56,864 nt of DNA from positions 1-56,864 of the IMG/VR virus record IMGVR_UViG_3300028392_000077; one strand, given 5' to 3'. Below the pieces are notes generated by a model. That model searched no databases, was not told the DNA's origin, and worked only from the letters and a program-made list of their open reading frames with translations. The position numbers and the translations under genes are program-made. This document shows positions 1 to 11,600 of this stretch, one piece after another. The DNA comes from a virus (Duplodnaviria > Caudoviricetes). Each line of letters starts with the position of its first letter. Within the stretch, counting starts at the first letter, position 1.

Positions 1-121
1 TACCAAAAGCATTAAATCCCCATGTCCATAATGTAGTACCAACAAAGTTTTCAAACAACTCAGTATTAGTAAAAAATACTCTATCAAAATCACCTTCTGA
101 TGCATCGTTAAATCCCGACAT
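1..121 (-). CDS. RCC1-repeat (beta-propeller) protein, 5' portion only; runs off the window
   Basis: Not in ORF track. ATG at 121-119 overlaps the TAA of the upstream fibre (TAATG). Translates MSGFNDASEGDFDRVFFTNTELFENFVGTTLWTWGFNAFG; LWTWGxNxxG is the typical RCC1 repeat start. Confidence 0.6.
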   Translation of the reverse strand, partial: MSGFNDASEGDFDRVFFTNTELFENFVGTTLWTWGFNAFG

Positions 122-3100
122 TACTTATTCTCCAACTTCTCTATTCTATCTGATAGTTCTTTATTAGATTGTATGAGGTATGCAATTAAACCAGAATAGT
201 TCACACTCTTAACACCATCATTCTCAGAAACCAACCAAGGTAATATCTTCTCTAATTGCTGAGCAATAACACCAGCAGATTTTAACCCATTATCTCTCCA
301 ATCAAATTCAAACCCATCAATTTGTTTGAGTGTGTCTGTTGCATTAACAATAGGAGTTAAATTGGTTTTCTGTGTTTCATCTGATAATGATTGGAACAAA
401 GTGGAATATGTTGTACCTGTACTTGGATTGAAATACAGTTTAGATGTTGATGTGTTGGCAACCAAATAAGAACCAGACGATGATTGTCCCAACATAATAT
501 ATCTGGTTGCATTGGTTGTGGTGTCATCAGTAATTGTTGCACCAGCACTGATACCAGTTAACCCTGCACCATTACCAACAAAGGCGGTTGCACTTAAAGT
601 TCCTGTACTTGGATTATATGTTAGTTTCGTACTGGAAGTATTTGCGACTGTATAAGAACCAGAGGTTGATTGACCCAACATAACATAACGAGATGCATTA
701 GTTGTAGTGTCATCAGTAATCGTTGCACCAGCAGTAATATTTGTATTTGATATACTAGATATTCTACCGTTTGCTGCAAGTTTAATTACAGGAACAATAG
801 TTGCACTACCATAATCGCCTGCTGTTACTGATATAGTCGTATAATCTGTATTGGCTAATGTTTGTAATGCAGAAATACTAGTATTCTGGGATGTATTTAC
901 ACCAGAACCATATGAAATCTGTCCATCAGTATAAGACTTTAACTGGGTATTAGCTGAATTAACATAGTTGATAACATCAACTCCACCAGCAATTATAGTA
1001 CTAGCAGTTATAGTATTTCCAGAATATATTGGACCTTGGAAGAATGTATTAGATGCAACATCAGCAGAATATATTGCATATTTGTTAGTAATGACACCAT
1101 TGGTACCGACGAGCGGAGTATCAAAATATGCTCCAAAATAATTCGTCAATGTACCTGTTGGTCCAACACCGGAACCAGCAGCGAATAGAGTATATGTACC
1201 GTAATAATTAGTAATAGTACTTAATGTGAGTGGTGAGTTATATCCAACATAACCACGATTATAAGTTCCATATGCATTCGTTACCGAACCTACGCTACAA
1301 TTTATATTATTATATGTTGCATATAAAGTCGAAGATGATATAGATGTGTTAGCATTTGCATGTGATAGATGTCTGATGTTGTTGTATGTACCCACCATAG
1401 TACCAGTGGTCGCAGTATCATATGGATTATTACCTCCACGGTCAATGAGTGTATAATTTCCATATACAACTACACTCGTATTTGAACTTACTATCGGAGT
1501 ATTATATGTTCCATACGCTGTCGCTGCACCAGATTGATTATTTGCCTTCGGTTGATTGAGTGTTCCAACTCTAATTGTGCTGGTGGCTGCATCATTTTCA
1601 TTTCTGACCAATGTACCAATATTGTAATTGCTGGTAGTACCTGCAACACTTTCAAACGCTTGACTTTCTAAGTTTGCAACTCTTACTGAACCACCAACTG
1701 TTAATGCTACTGTTGGTGAGGTATTGGATATACCCAATCTACCATTAGTTATATCAAATACAAATGCATTATTAGCATATGATTGATTGTTACCGGATAC
1801 ACCAGCAGTCAACTGAGGATAATAAGTTCCAGTAGTTGCTGTTGTTATTGAATCATATGTAGAAACATTAGCGGAACTAACAATACTGGTTACTGCTGTT
1901 CCTGGAATTGATATTGCTGTATTGGTTACTGAAAGTACACGTCCGTTTGCAGCAAGAGTGGTTACTGGAATATAAGATGAGTTACCATAAGTTGTTGCTG
2001 TTACCGATATGGTGGTATAATCTGTATTGGCTAATGTCTGTAATGCAGTGATACTGGTATTCTGAGATGTATCAACACCAGAAACATATGAGATTTGACC
2101 GTCAACATAAGACTTTAATTGAGTATTGGCTAAAGCAATAGCACCATCTGTGTATGCTTTTAACTGAGTATTAGCATTAGTGATACTGGTGTTGGTTGCA
2201 TTTAATGCACCAAATAAGTAAACGGTATTAGCTTCAACATTGGTTATTCTGGTGTTCTGGGAATTATCCACACCAGAAACATATGATAGCGTAGACGATA
2301 CTTGACCATCAACATATGATTTTAACTGAGTATTAGCTGAACTCACTGAAGAACTAATAGCATCATCTGTGTAAGACTTTAACTGAGTATTGGCTGATGT
2401 TACAATACCATCGGTATATGATTTTAACTGTGTATTAGCTAAAGCAATATTAGTATTAGTTTGATTTAATGCACCGAACAGATAAACCGTATTAGCTTCG
2501 ACAGTTGTTAATCTGGTATTCTGAGATGTATCAACACCAGAAACATAAGATAATGTACTTGATACTTGACCATCAACATATGCTTTTAACTGAGTATTAG
2601 ATGAATTGACATAATTGATAATATCAACTCCACCAGCAATTATAGTACTAGCAGTTATAGTATTTGCAGAATATATTGGACCTTGGAAGAATGTATTGGA
2701 TGCTGGATCAGAAGAATAAATTGCATATCTATTAGTAATTCTTCCTGATGATGCAACTTGTGGTGCACCATAATATGCACCATAATAATTCGTTATAGTG
2801 GAAGTATTTGCACCAGCTGCGGCACCAATGGATGCAGTCAAATAACTACCATAAAAATTTGTTATATTCGCTGATGCAGCTGCGTTTGTTCCTAGAGATA
2901 TTGCGTTATAAACTGAATATGAGTTATTTAAAGAACCAAGTGCAAAAGTTTGTGCGTTATATGTGGTGTATGCTGAACCTGTAACAATAGATGTATTTGC
3001 ATTTACATCATACAAATGTCTAATATTATTGAATGTTCCATATAAAAACCCTGCTGTACCAGTATCGTATGGATTATTACCGCCACGGATAATATTGTTG

Positions 3101-6100
3101 TATGTTCCATATGCATTTACACTTGTAGTTGAACTTACTATAGGACCATTATATGTTCCATATGATGTCGCCGCACCAGATTGATTATTTGCTTTTGGTT
3201 GATTGATTGTTCCGAATCTAGCTGTAGTGGTGGTTGTATCGTTTTCATTTCTAACAAATGTACCAATATTACCGACAACGAAAGCGCCCGGTGTGGATTC
3301 ATACGACTGACTTTCTAAGTTTGTAACTCTTATTGAACCACCAACTGTTAATGATACTGTTGGTGTGGTATTGGATATACCCATTCTACCATTAACAACA
3401 TCAAATACGTATGCAGAGTTGGAATATGCAATATTATTACCAGATGTTCCTAATGACAAATAAGGATAATAGGTTCCTGTAGTTGCAGTTGTTATTGTTT
3501 CATAAGTTGCAACATTAGCTGAATCAACAATACTGGTTACTGCTGTTCCTGGAATTGATATTGCAGTGTTGGTTACTGATAGTACACGTCCGTTTGCGGT
3601 GAGTGTAGTTACTGGAATATAAGATGAGTTACCATAAGTTGTTGCTGTTACTGATATTGAAGTAACATCTGTATTTGCTAATGATTGTAATGCAGAGATG
3701 CTAGTATTCTGTGTAGTATCAACACCAGAAACATATGAGATTTGACCATCCGTATATGCCTTTAATTGAGTATTGGCTGATGTTACGGATGAACTTATTG
3801 CACCATCGGTATATGCTTTTAGTTGTGTATTAGCTGAACTAATAGCACCATCAGTATAGGACTTTAGCTGAGTATTGGCTGATGTTACTATACCGTCCGT
3901 ATAGGACTTCAGTTGAGTGTTAGCACTAGAAACCAATCCATCTGTGTATGCTTTTAACTGTGTATTAGCTAAACCAATGTTAGTGTTTGTTTGATTTAAA
4001 GCACCAAATAGATATACAGTATTAGCTTCAACCGTACTGATTCTAGTGTTTTGTGCAATATCAACACCGGAAATATAAGAAATGAATCCATCTGTATACG
4101 ATTTTAACTGAGTATTAGCTGATGTTACAGAAGAACTGATTGCACCATCTGTATAAGACTTCAACTGAGTATTGGCTAATGTTACAATACCATCAGTATA
4201 AGATTTTAATTGTGTATTAGCTAATCCAATATTAGTATTGGTCGCATTTAATGCACCAAATAGATAAACTGTATTGGCTTCAACGGTGTTTAATCTGGTA
4301 TTCTGTGTAGTATCAACACTAGAAACATAAGAGATTTGACCGTCAGTGTATGACTTTAATTGAGTGTTGGCTGAAGATACTGAAGAACTAATAACACCAT
4401 CTGTATATGATTGTAATTGAGTATTTGCCGATGATACAGCAGAACTGATTGCGCCATCTGTATATGCTTTTAGTTGTGTATTGGCTGAAGATACGGATGA
4501 TGAAACTAAACCATCGGTATATGCCTTTAACTGGGTATTGGCATTTACAATACTTGAATTCTGTGCAGTATTCACACCAGAAATATATGCAATATTGGCA
4601 TCTAACCAAGTTTGTGTATTGGTTATATTTGTGTTCTGTGTTGCATTGATACCATTTTGTTCAGAATCAACTGCATAATAACTACCGTGTTGACCATTCA
4701 AATAGTCGGCGTTTAGATTTGTTACTAACTGTGTTGAAGATGTGGATATTTTACCAAATGTTACAGTATTGGCCTGGAAGTCCGCAATTCTAAAGGTTGC
4801 ATTACTTGTATCAATGTATGGTGATGCATCAGGTTCTGGTTTGTAATTATCAAAAACTTTCCAGATTCCATCGGAGTGGTCTCTAAAGAAACCGGCATGA
4901 TGATATGTACCATCATTATAATTACCAGCAAAACCTAAATCTGGATTAGCAACATTGTTATCATCATTCAGATAAATCATATTATCTTTCAGTATCAGAT
5001 TATTTGATGATACTGTAGTGACAATACCACTAACAGTTAAATTGCCAGTAATTGTAAGATTTGCCGAAATCGTGACATCTCCAGTGATATTTCCACCGGA
5101 AGTATTGAACTTTAAATTGGCAGTATTATACGCACCTTGTGCTAGATTTGTAGCTGTGGTGATATTCGTATTCTGCGTATTATTGATGTTGTTTACATAT
5201 GAGATTTGACCATCAACATATGATTGCAACTGAGTATTGGATGAACTAATAACACCATCAACATAAGACTTTAATTGAGTATTAGCTGAACTTACTGAGG
5301 AACTGATGGCGCCATCAGTATAAGACTTCAGTTGAGTATTTGCTGAAGTTACAGCAGAACTAATAGCACCGTCAGTATAAGATTGTAATTGCGTATTAGC
5401 ACTGATAATACTGTTATTAGTTGCATTCAATGCACCAAATAAGTAAACCGTATTAGCTTCAACTGTTAATAATCTGGTATTTTGAGTATTATCTATACCT
5501 TGATTATAACTTATTTGTCCGTCAACATAAGACTTTAATTGATTATTAGCAGAACTAATAGCACCATCAGTATAAGATTTCAGTTGAGTATTGGCTGAAG
5601 ATACGGATGTTGAAACCAATCCATCTGTATATGATTTTAACTGCGTATTAGCACTAATGATACTGTTATTAGTTGCATCTAATGCACCAAATAGATAGGT
5701 GGTATTAGATTCTACTGTCGATAATCTGGTATTCTGTGTTGTATTTACATTAGAAACATACGAGATTTGACCATCAATATGTGATTTTAACTGGGTATTT
5801 GCTGAAGCAATAGCACCATCAGTATAACTCTTTAATTGAGTATTAGCATTGGTTATATTAGTATTGGTTGCATTTAAAGCACCAAACAAGTAAATCGTAT
5901 TAGATTCAACAGTAGAAATTCTATTGTTTTGTTCAGTGTCAATACCAGAAACATAAGATAATGTTGTTGATACCTGACCATCAACATAAGATTTTAATTG
6001 TGTGTTGGCTAAACCAATAGCACCATCTGTATAAGATTTTAACTGGGTGTTAGCTAATACAATGTTGGTGTTGGTCTGATTTAAAGCACCAAACAAGTAA

Positions 6101-7956
6101 ACTGTATTTGCTTCTACTGTTGTTAATCTGGTATTCTGGGTAGCATCAACACCAGAAACATATGAGATTTGACCATCAACATATGATTTTAACTGAGTAT
6201 TAGCACTAGTGATAGCACCATCGGTATAAGATTTTAACTGTGTATTAGCTAATCCAATATTAGTATTGGTCTGATTTAAAGCACCAAATAAGTAAACTGT
6301 ATTGGCTTCAGTGGTGGTGATTCTGGTGTTCTGCGTTGTATCTACACCTTGGGTGTAGATTGTATTTGCTTTATTACTATTAATCTGTGTAACATAGGCA
6401 TCAGTGAACGCAGTATTCTGCCAAGTGTTATCTGGAAATATTAAATGTGAATTTGCAAAAGACCAAGTATTGTTTATTGTACCATCGGTTCCAGTTACGA
6501 TTTGAACTGTGTCGTATCTGTTGGAACCTAATTTAGTTTCGTTATTTAATGAGAGGAAATTTCCATCATAACTACCACCATAAATTGAATTCAATTGTAT
6601 GGATTTTCCGACAAATCTAGGCCCAGCACCAGAACCACCAGATGGATTGATTCCGATAATACCAATATCACTCATTTCAATACTGGATGTACCACCAGGT
6701 GAATATAATATTGGCGTGTATACTGCTAGATTTGCAGTTAAGTTGTTTGCAGTAATATCACCAGAAACTACACCACCAGTTAGTGGTAACGCATTGTTGG
6801 CTGTGTTCCATGCTGATTGTATGCTATTGTTTTGTGTTGCATTAATAACAGAAACATATGATATTTGGCCATCAACATAAGATTTCAACTGTGTATTTGC
6901 AGAAGATACTGATGATGAAATTAAACCATCAGTATATGATTTCAACTGTGTATTAGCAGAACTAATAGCACCATCCGTATATGCCTTTAATTGAGTATTG
7001 GCTGATGTTACTATACCGTCTGTATATGATTTCAGTTGGGTGTTAGCTGAAGATACAGCAGAACTAATAGCACCATCTGTGTATGATTTTAACTGTGTAT
7101 TAGCTAATCCAATATTAGTATTGGTCTGATTCAAAGCACCGAACAGATAAACTGTATTAGCTTCAACGGTACTAATTCTAGTGTTCTGAGTTGAATCCAC
7201 ACCTTGGATATAGATTGTATTTGCACTTGCGAAATTGGCAGTATTAGCTGTATCTCTGACAAATTGACTATCTGAAATGACCGCAGTGGTCATATAGGTG
7301 CCGTCAGCAAACTTCAGAACATTGGTATTCGCTTCAATAAACTTAGCATTGGCCGCAACAGTCAGGCCAATACTCATATTATCAATGGTACCTGTGTTGG
7401 CCGAATAGATAGTTACATGGTCACTACCTGTATTTGGACCGTACACATTAATACTGGAAGCGGAACCATAAACTTCAAGACTGGTCTGGTCAATACCACC
7501 ATAGATATTGGCGGAAATAATGTCAGCAACAACCCAGTTGTTTGCTAAATCATAATGGAATGATGGGTTTGAACTGAATGTGCCATGAAGACCTACGAAC
7601 TGTATATCGCCGATGTTGCCATTAGCTGATCCGCCTCCACCACCTCCACCCCCACCTTCACCAAATGCAGAGATTGTAATTGTTTTTGTTAGTGTGCAAG
7701 CAGTAAGTGCAACATTTGCACCAGAAACAAAATTAAGTGTATCTGAACCAGATGACGCTAATATCAGTGTCGTATCTACACAGATAGCATCAAAAGACTT
7801 CTGATTGGTTATATAAGATACTGTGCCGTCGGGTTTGGAATAGAATAACTTGGCGTCCGCAGCGTTTAGTGCAATTTCACCATTCGCTAATGAAGACGGA
7901 GTATTACCACTAATTAGTGATTTTTTTAATTTAATTGTGGTATTTGATGTCGTCAT
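121..7956 (-). CDS. Giant tail fibre protein (2611 aa) with Mtd-N-like N-terminus and C-terminal intramolecular chaperone (peptidase S74)
   Basis: N-terminal IKLKKS..P.SL..GEIALN.AD.KLFY; poly-Gly hinge; dozens of ANTQLKxYxDG repeats; C-terminal SDETQKTN...GVIAQQLEKILP...VNYSGLIAYLIQSNKEL chaperone signature. Confidence 0.88.
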   Translation of the reverse strand: MTTSNTTIKLKKSLISGNTPSSLANGEIALNAADAKLFYSKPDGTVSYITNQKSFDAICVDTTLILASSGSDTLNFVSGANVALTACTLTKTITISAFGEGGGGGGGGGSANGNIGDIQFVGLHGTFSSNPSFHYDLANNWVVADIISANIYGGIDQTSLEVYGSASSINVYGPNTGSDHVTIYSANTGTIDNMSIGLTVAANAKFIEANTNVLKFADGTYMTTAVISDSQFVRDTANTANFASANTIYIQGVDSTQNTRISTVEANTVYLFGALNQTNTNIGLANTQLKSYTDGAISSAVSSANTQLKSYTDGIVTSANTQLKAYTDGAISSANTQLKSYTDGLISSSVSSANTQLKSYVDGQISYVSVINATQNNSIQSAWNTANNALPLTGGVVSGDITANNLTANLAVYTPILYSPGGTSSIEMSDIGIIGINPSGGSGAGPRFVGKSIQLNSIYGGSYDGNFLSLNNETKLGSNRYDTVQIVTGTDGTINNTWSFANSHLIFPDNTWQNTAFTDAYVTQINSNKANTIYTQGVDTTQNTRITTTEANTVYLFGALNQTNTNIGLANTQLKSYTDGAITSANTQLKSYVDGQISYVSGVDATQNTRLTTVEANTVYLFGALNQTNTNIVLANTQLKSYTDGAIGLANTQLKSYVDGQVSTTLSYVSGIDTEQNNRISTVESNTIYLFGALNATNTNITNANTQLKSYTDGAIASANTQLKSHIDGQISYVSNVNTTQNTRLSTVESNTTYLFGALDATNNSIISANTQLKSYTDGLVSTSVSSANTQLKSYTDGAISSANNQLKSYVDGQISYNQGIDNTQNTRLLTVEANTVYLFGALNATNNSIISANTQLQSYTDGAISSAVTSANTQLKSYTDGAISSSVSSANTQLKSYVDGVISSSNTQLQSYVDGQISYVNNINNTQNTNITTATNLAQGAYNTANLKFNTSGGNITGDVTISANLTITGNLTVSGIVTTVSSNNLILKDNMIYLNDDNNVANPDLGFAGNYNDGTYHHAGFFRDHSDGIWKVFDNYKPEPDASPYIDTSNATFRIADFQANTVTFGKISTSSTQLVTNLNADYLNGQHGSYYAVDSEQNGINATQNTNITNTQTWLDANIAYISGVNTAQNSSIVNANTQLKAYTDGLVSSSVSSANTQLKAYTDGAISSAVSSANTQLQSYTDGVISSSVSSANTQLKSYTDGQISYVSSVDTTQNTRLNTVEANTVYLFGALNATNTNIGLANTQLKSYTDGIVTLANTQLKSYTDGAISSSVTSANTQLKSYTDGFISYISGVDIAQNTRISTVEANTVYLFGALNQTNTNIGLANTQLKAYTDGLVSSANTQLKSYTDGIVTSANTQLKSYTDGAISSANTQLKAYTDGAISSSVTSANTQLKAYTDGQISYVSGVDTTQNTSISALQSLANTDVTSISVTATTYGNSSYIPVTTLTANGRVLSVTNTAISIPGTAVTSIVDSANVATYETITTATTGTYYPYLSLGTSGNNIAYSNSAYVFDVVNGRMGISNTTPTVSLTVGGSIRVTNLESQSYESTPGAFVVGNIGTFVRNENDTTTTTARFGTINQPKANNQSGAATSYGTYNGPIVSSTTSVNAYGTYNNIIRGGNNPYDTGTAGFLYGTFNNIRHLYDVNANTSIVTGSAYTTYNAQTFALGSLNNSYSVYNAISLGTNAAASANITNFYGSYLTASIGAAAGANTSTITNYYGAYYGAPQVASSGRITNRYAIYSSDPASNTFFQGPIYSANTITASTIIAGGVDIINYVNSSNTQLKAYVDGQVSSTLSYVSGVDTSQNTRLTTVEANTVYLFGALNQTNTNIALANTQLKSYTDGIVTSANTQLKSYTDDAISSSVSSANTQLKSYVDGQVSSTLSYVSGVDNSQNTRITNVEANTVYLFGALNATNTSITNANTQLKAYTDGAIALANTQLKSYVDGQISYVSGVDTSQNTSITALQTLANTDYTTISVTATTYGNSSYIPVTTLAANGRVLSVTNTAISIPGTAVTSIVSSANVSTYDSITTATTGTYYPQLTAGVSGNNQSYANNAFVFDITNGRLGISNTSPTVALTVGGSVRVANLESQAFESVAGTTSNYNIGTLVRNENDAATSTIRVGTLNQPKANNQSGAATAYGTYNTPIVSSNTSVVVYGNYTLIDRGGNNPYDTATTGTMVGTYNNIRHLSHANANTSISSSTLYATYNNINCSVGSVTNAYGTYNRGYVGYNSPLTLSTITNYYGTYTLFAAGSGVGPTGTLTNYFGAYFDTPLVGTNGVITNKYAIYSADVASNTFFQGPIYSGNTITASTIIAGGVDVINYVNSANTQLKSYTDGQISYGSGVNTSQNTSISALQTLANTDYTTISVTAGDYGSATIVPVIKLAANGRISSISNTNITAGATITDDTTTNASRYVMLGQSTSGSYTVANTSSTKLTYNPSTGTLSATAFVGNGAGLTGISAGATITDDTTTNATRYIMLGQSSSGSYLVANTSTSKLYFNPSTGTTYSTLFQSLSDETQKTNLTPIVNATDTLKQIDGFEFDWRDNGLKSAGVIAQQLEKILPWLVSENDGVKSVNYSGLIAYLIQSNKELSDRIEKLENK
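950..3720 (-). repeat. Internal duplication of a ~370-aa module (copies at ~950-2075 and ~2600-3720, offset 1647 nt)
   Basis: Matching borders at a constant offset: tcaactccaccagc at 977 and 2624; ctgttcctggaattgatattgc at 1896 and 3543. Confidence 0.9.
2100..7110 (-). repeat. Clusters of coding repeats ANTQLK(S/A)Y(T/V)DG and TQNTRxxTVEANTVYLFGALN
   Basis: Directly visible in protein and DNA; degenerate units separated by variable-length Ser/Val/Ala linkers. Confidence 0.95.
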
Positions 7957-7959
7957 TTA

Positions 7960-8598
7960 TTAGAAGGTTCCACCATCTTTTGTTTGTTCTTTGTTATTTA
8001 TCTGCGACACCGGATCTTCTTCCTTTTGACCATTATCTTCAGCCAATTTCTTTCTTTTTGCTGGAGATAATTTCAAATATTCCACTTCACTTTTTAATCT
8101 TTCATTTTCCTCACGAAAAGAATCGAGAAGTTTGAGTTGTTGATTATTATTTTCCACTTCACTTCTTAGTTTTTCATTCTCTTCGCGACTTGATAATAGT
8201 TCTTTTTTGAAAGATTCGATGTGTTGGAGTTGATGTTTATTATTTTCAACTTCGTCTTTCGATCTTCTCAATATTGTTAATTCACTATTCAACTTTGAGA
8301 TTTCATTCTCAAGAGATGATAATCTTGAGTTCTCATTTTTCAATCTGTTAAATTCGGATTCGGACCTTTTATTTTGTGTTGATGATTCATTAATCGTATT
8401 ATTAAGTTCTGAAATAGTATTTTTCAGTTCTTCGATAGATAAATTCAAACCATTGATTGTTTCATCTTGTTCAGAAATAATTTCATTGGCCAACTTAATG
8501 TTGGCCTGAAAAGAAATATTTTTGATTAGTGTGTCATTTAAAGTACCAGTAAGTATCTGTGAATAATACTTCTGGTACTTTTCATTCATTTCATCCAT
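7960..8598 (-). CDS. Coiled-coil hypothetical protein ending in DGGTF
   Basis: 212-aa E/K/N/L-rich heptad ORF with AGGAG RBS just upstream. Confidence 0.75.
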   Translation of the reverse strand: MDEMNEKYQKYYSQILTGTLNDTLIKNISFQANIKLANEIISEQDETINGLNLSIEELKNTISELNNTINESSTQNKRSESEFNRLKNENSRLSSLENEISKLNSELTILRRSKDEVENNKHQLQHIESFKKELLSSREENEKLRSEVENNNQQLKLLDSFREENERLKSEVEYLKLSPAKRKKLAEDNGQKEEDPVSQINNKEQTKDGGTF

Positions 8599-8641
8599 AT
8601 CAACTCCTATTAATCATATAAAATAGTATATAGTAGTGACT

Positions 8642-11600
8642 TTAGAAGTCACCACCATCCAGTGCATAGGAGTATCTCATTTCCTTAGAAGAAGAGTTAT
8701 AGAATACCAATCCATCAAAGTCAGCATCTTGTGATTCAGTATAACGAACTGGATTGATAAACAGACCTGAAGTGGAAGAACCAAAATCATTACCGGTTGC
8801 ATTCAGTACGATAGACGAGTTTGCTATAGTACTATAACCAGCATTTGTACCTATCGCAATTGAGTATTGACCTTGTGGTGAACTATCACCGTGACCAGCT
8901 TGATAACCCAAAGCAACTGCATATTGTCCTTGTTGGTAATTACCTGCACTATAACCAATTGCAACTGCGCCATCAGCCTGTTCAGTTTGTGCCGCAGATC
9001 GGCCGAGAGCAATCGCATTATTTCCCTGTGCTGAATTACCTGCGATAGCACCAATTGCAATTGAACCTGCGTGTTGTGCATCGTTCCCTGCACCATAACC
9101 AATTGCAACTGCATATTGTTCTTGGTAGTAATGTCCTGATTCTCTACCAATTGCAACACCATCTTCGGCCTGTGATTCATTACCAGCGTTTAGGCCGATA
9201 GCAATTGCATATGCTTTCTGTTGATTGTAACCAGATTGTTCACCGATTGCAATTGCATTTTGATATTGTCCATAAACACCAGCATAAGCACCAAGAGCGA
9301 CCGCACGATAACCTTGTGTATCAGTACCAGCGTGGTCACCAATTGCAACTGCACCACTACCTTGATTGGATTGACCTGCACCGCCATTTCCACCAGAACC
9401 ACCACCAATTGCAACAGCAGATTCGCCTTGTCCTGTGTTACCTGCACGATTACCTATTGCAATCGCATTGTCATGTTGATTGGTTGTACCTGCTCTGGCA
9501 CCAATTGCAATGGCATCCCATTGTTGTCCTGTTTGGTGAGTTGGTTGGTAACCAATAGAGATTCTCTGTGAGTAAGTATCACCAGAATCAACTCCAAATC
9601 CTAAGAAAATGGATCTATTACTATTATCTTGTAATACAGCACCATTTTGTAATTCAACACCAGTACTGTGTTTGAATACCTGGTTGTTTGCATTGAATAT
9701 TAAGGTGGCATTTGAGAAGAAGTTCAATTCTCCATCGGCATGACTGAACATACCAGTGTCATAACCACCGTCATATGAGAAGGTATAACCACCACCGACA
9801 GTGCTTATTCCATCTGTCTCTGGTGTTAAGTACTTTCCTGTAGCAGTTACAGTACCATCTTCATCAGAAAGATATAGAGTGTATGAACCATTGGCTAAGT
9901 GAGTTGGATTCAATGCTTCCAATGCACCATATGTCAATTCTTTAGATGTTGGATTATAGAAAACAACATCACCAGGAGAAGCATCATTTCTGACACCAGT
10001 TGCAAATAAACTTCCATCTTCATTAATCGATAGGTGGTTGTCACCATGGGTCAATTGTTGAATGTAGTTGTTGTATAGTGCATATGGTTTGGTTCTGTCT
10101 GTACGATCATCCAGGAAGTAGGTACCGTTTGTCAGATACACATTATAAAGTCCATCTAGACCATCATTAGCTGAACCACTCACCTTAACATAACGAAGGT
10201 CAAACTGACCAGGAACAGAATTATAGAATACAACTTCCCAAATTATGTCTGAAGAACCATTAATTTTTTGTGAACTAAATGTGTGATTACCTTCGTAACG
10301 AATTCTGAACGTATCACCTTGATATAGTGTGTAAACTCTCTGGTATGAGATGTCGCCCATAGCCATAACAATGGCTGGACCACCAGGTAAAGAGGGGTCG
10401 GCTGGGAAACTATGTGAATTATTTGCTGATCCAGCTTCAAAAGTTATATAACCATTTGAACCAACATAAATTGTATCGTATGTTGTACCATTGAAATTGA
10501 TATTAAACGGCAATGATACTGTCGTAAATGCATCATCATAATCACTTCCCAAATCCTGCATAGACATATTTCTAACAGCAGGAGGTACATTAGGATCAGT
10601 AATCGTTTGTTGTGTGACCGCATTTGCACCATCTACATGGAATCTAGTTACGATACCATATTTCTGTTCACCTTTTGACAGCAACGATTCCTGAGAATAA
10701 CCGTCTCTGATATCTAAACCGTGATTGAATACTAATTGATTGGAATCACTGTTGGGATCACTCGTCAGATAGAATGCATCACCGGCGGTGTTGGTTCCAA
10801 ATGTTAAATAATCATAACCACTACTACCATCATTGTAAACATAACTGTATGTTGTGTTATTACCTGTGTGGAAGTTAATTGGTGCAGAAGGATATAAATC
10901 CAACGATGCATTTTCAGCAGAAAGTCCAGCTTCAAGATAGACTTTTCCATTAAAGTCTGCTCTTTGACTAAACGATGTGTTGGCAAACTGTGATAGTCCT
11001 GGTGATATAATATTGGTATGAGTATTACCAACCAAGAAACTTGCATCTGCGATATTGATTACATTTTCTGTAGGTTCTTTGTCATAGTTATAGAAGATGT
11101 AAAAATCTTTATCACCAGCGTGGCGCATAACACCTGCGTGTCTTTGTGTGTCTGTTCCTGCGTCATAATAATTACCAACAAAACCAATGTCAAGATCGTC
11201 AGAGACATAATTGTTTGCAGCAAGATAGATTAATGGATCTGCAACATTGAATGAGACAGTATTTTCAATATAATACGTTCCATGAACTGACAAGTTTCCA
11301 CTAATCTCTACATTACTATCAATGAATTGTGAGAATAGTGCAGTATTTGAACGGAATACAGTATCATCAACATCCAATGTTACTGTTTGTGTGTCTGTTG
11401 CAATTGACGATGTGATACCGTCTCCACCAGCAATAGTCAATGTATCTGTTATTAATGATAATGTATTTGAACCATCATCAGATGAAATATTTAATGAGGT
11501 TGAAATCTGTGATGTTGATACATTTGTGACAAGACCGTTTGCGGCAACAGTGACAACAGGAATGTGTGTTTGGTCACCATATGTTCCTGCATCAACACCA

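Noticed and set aside
2100-7110. CRISPR-like array
   Set aside because: Repeats are degenerate at third codon positions, in frame within a long ORF, and have no unique spacers or cas genes.
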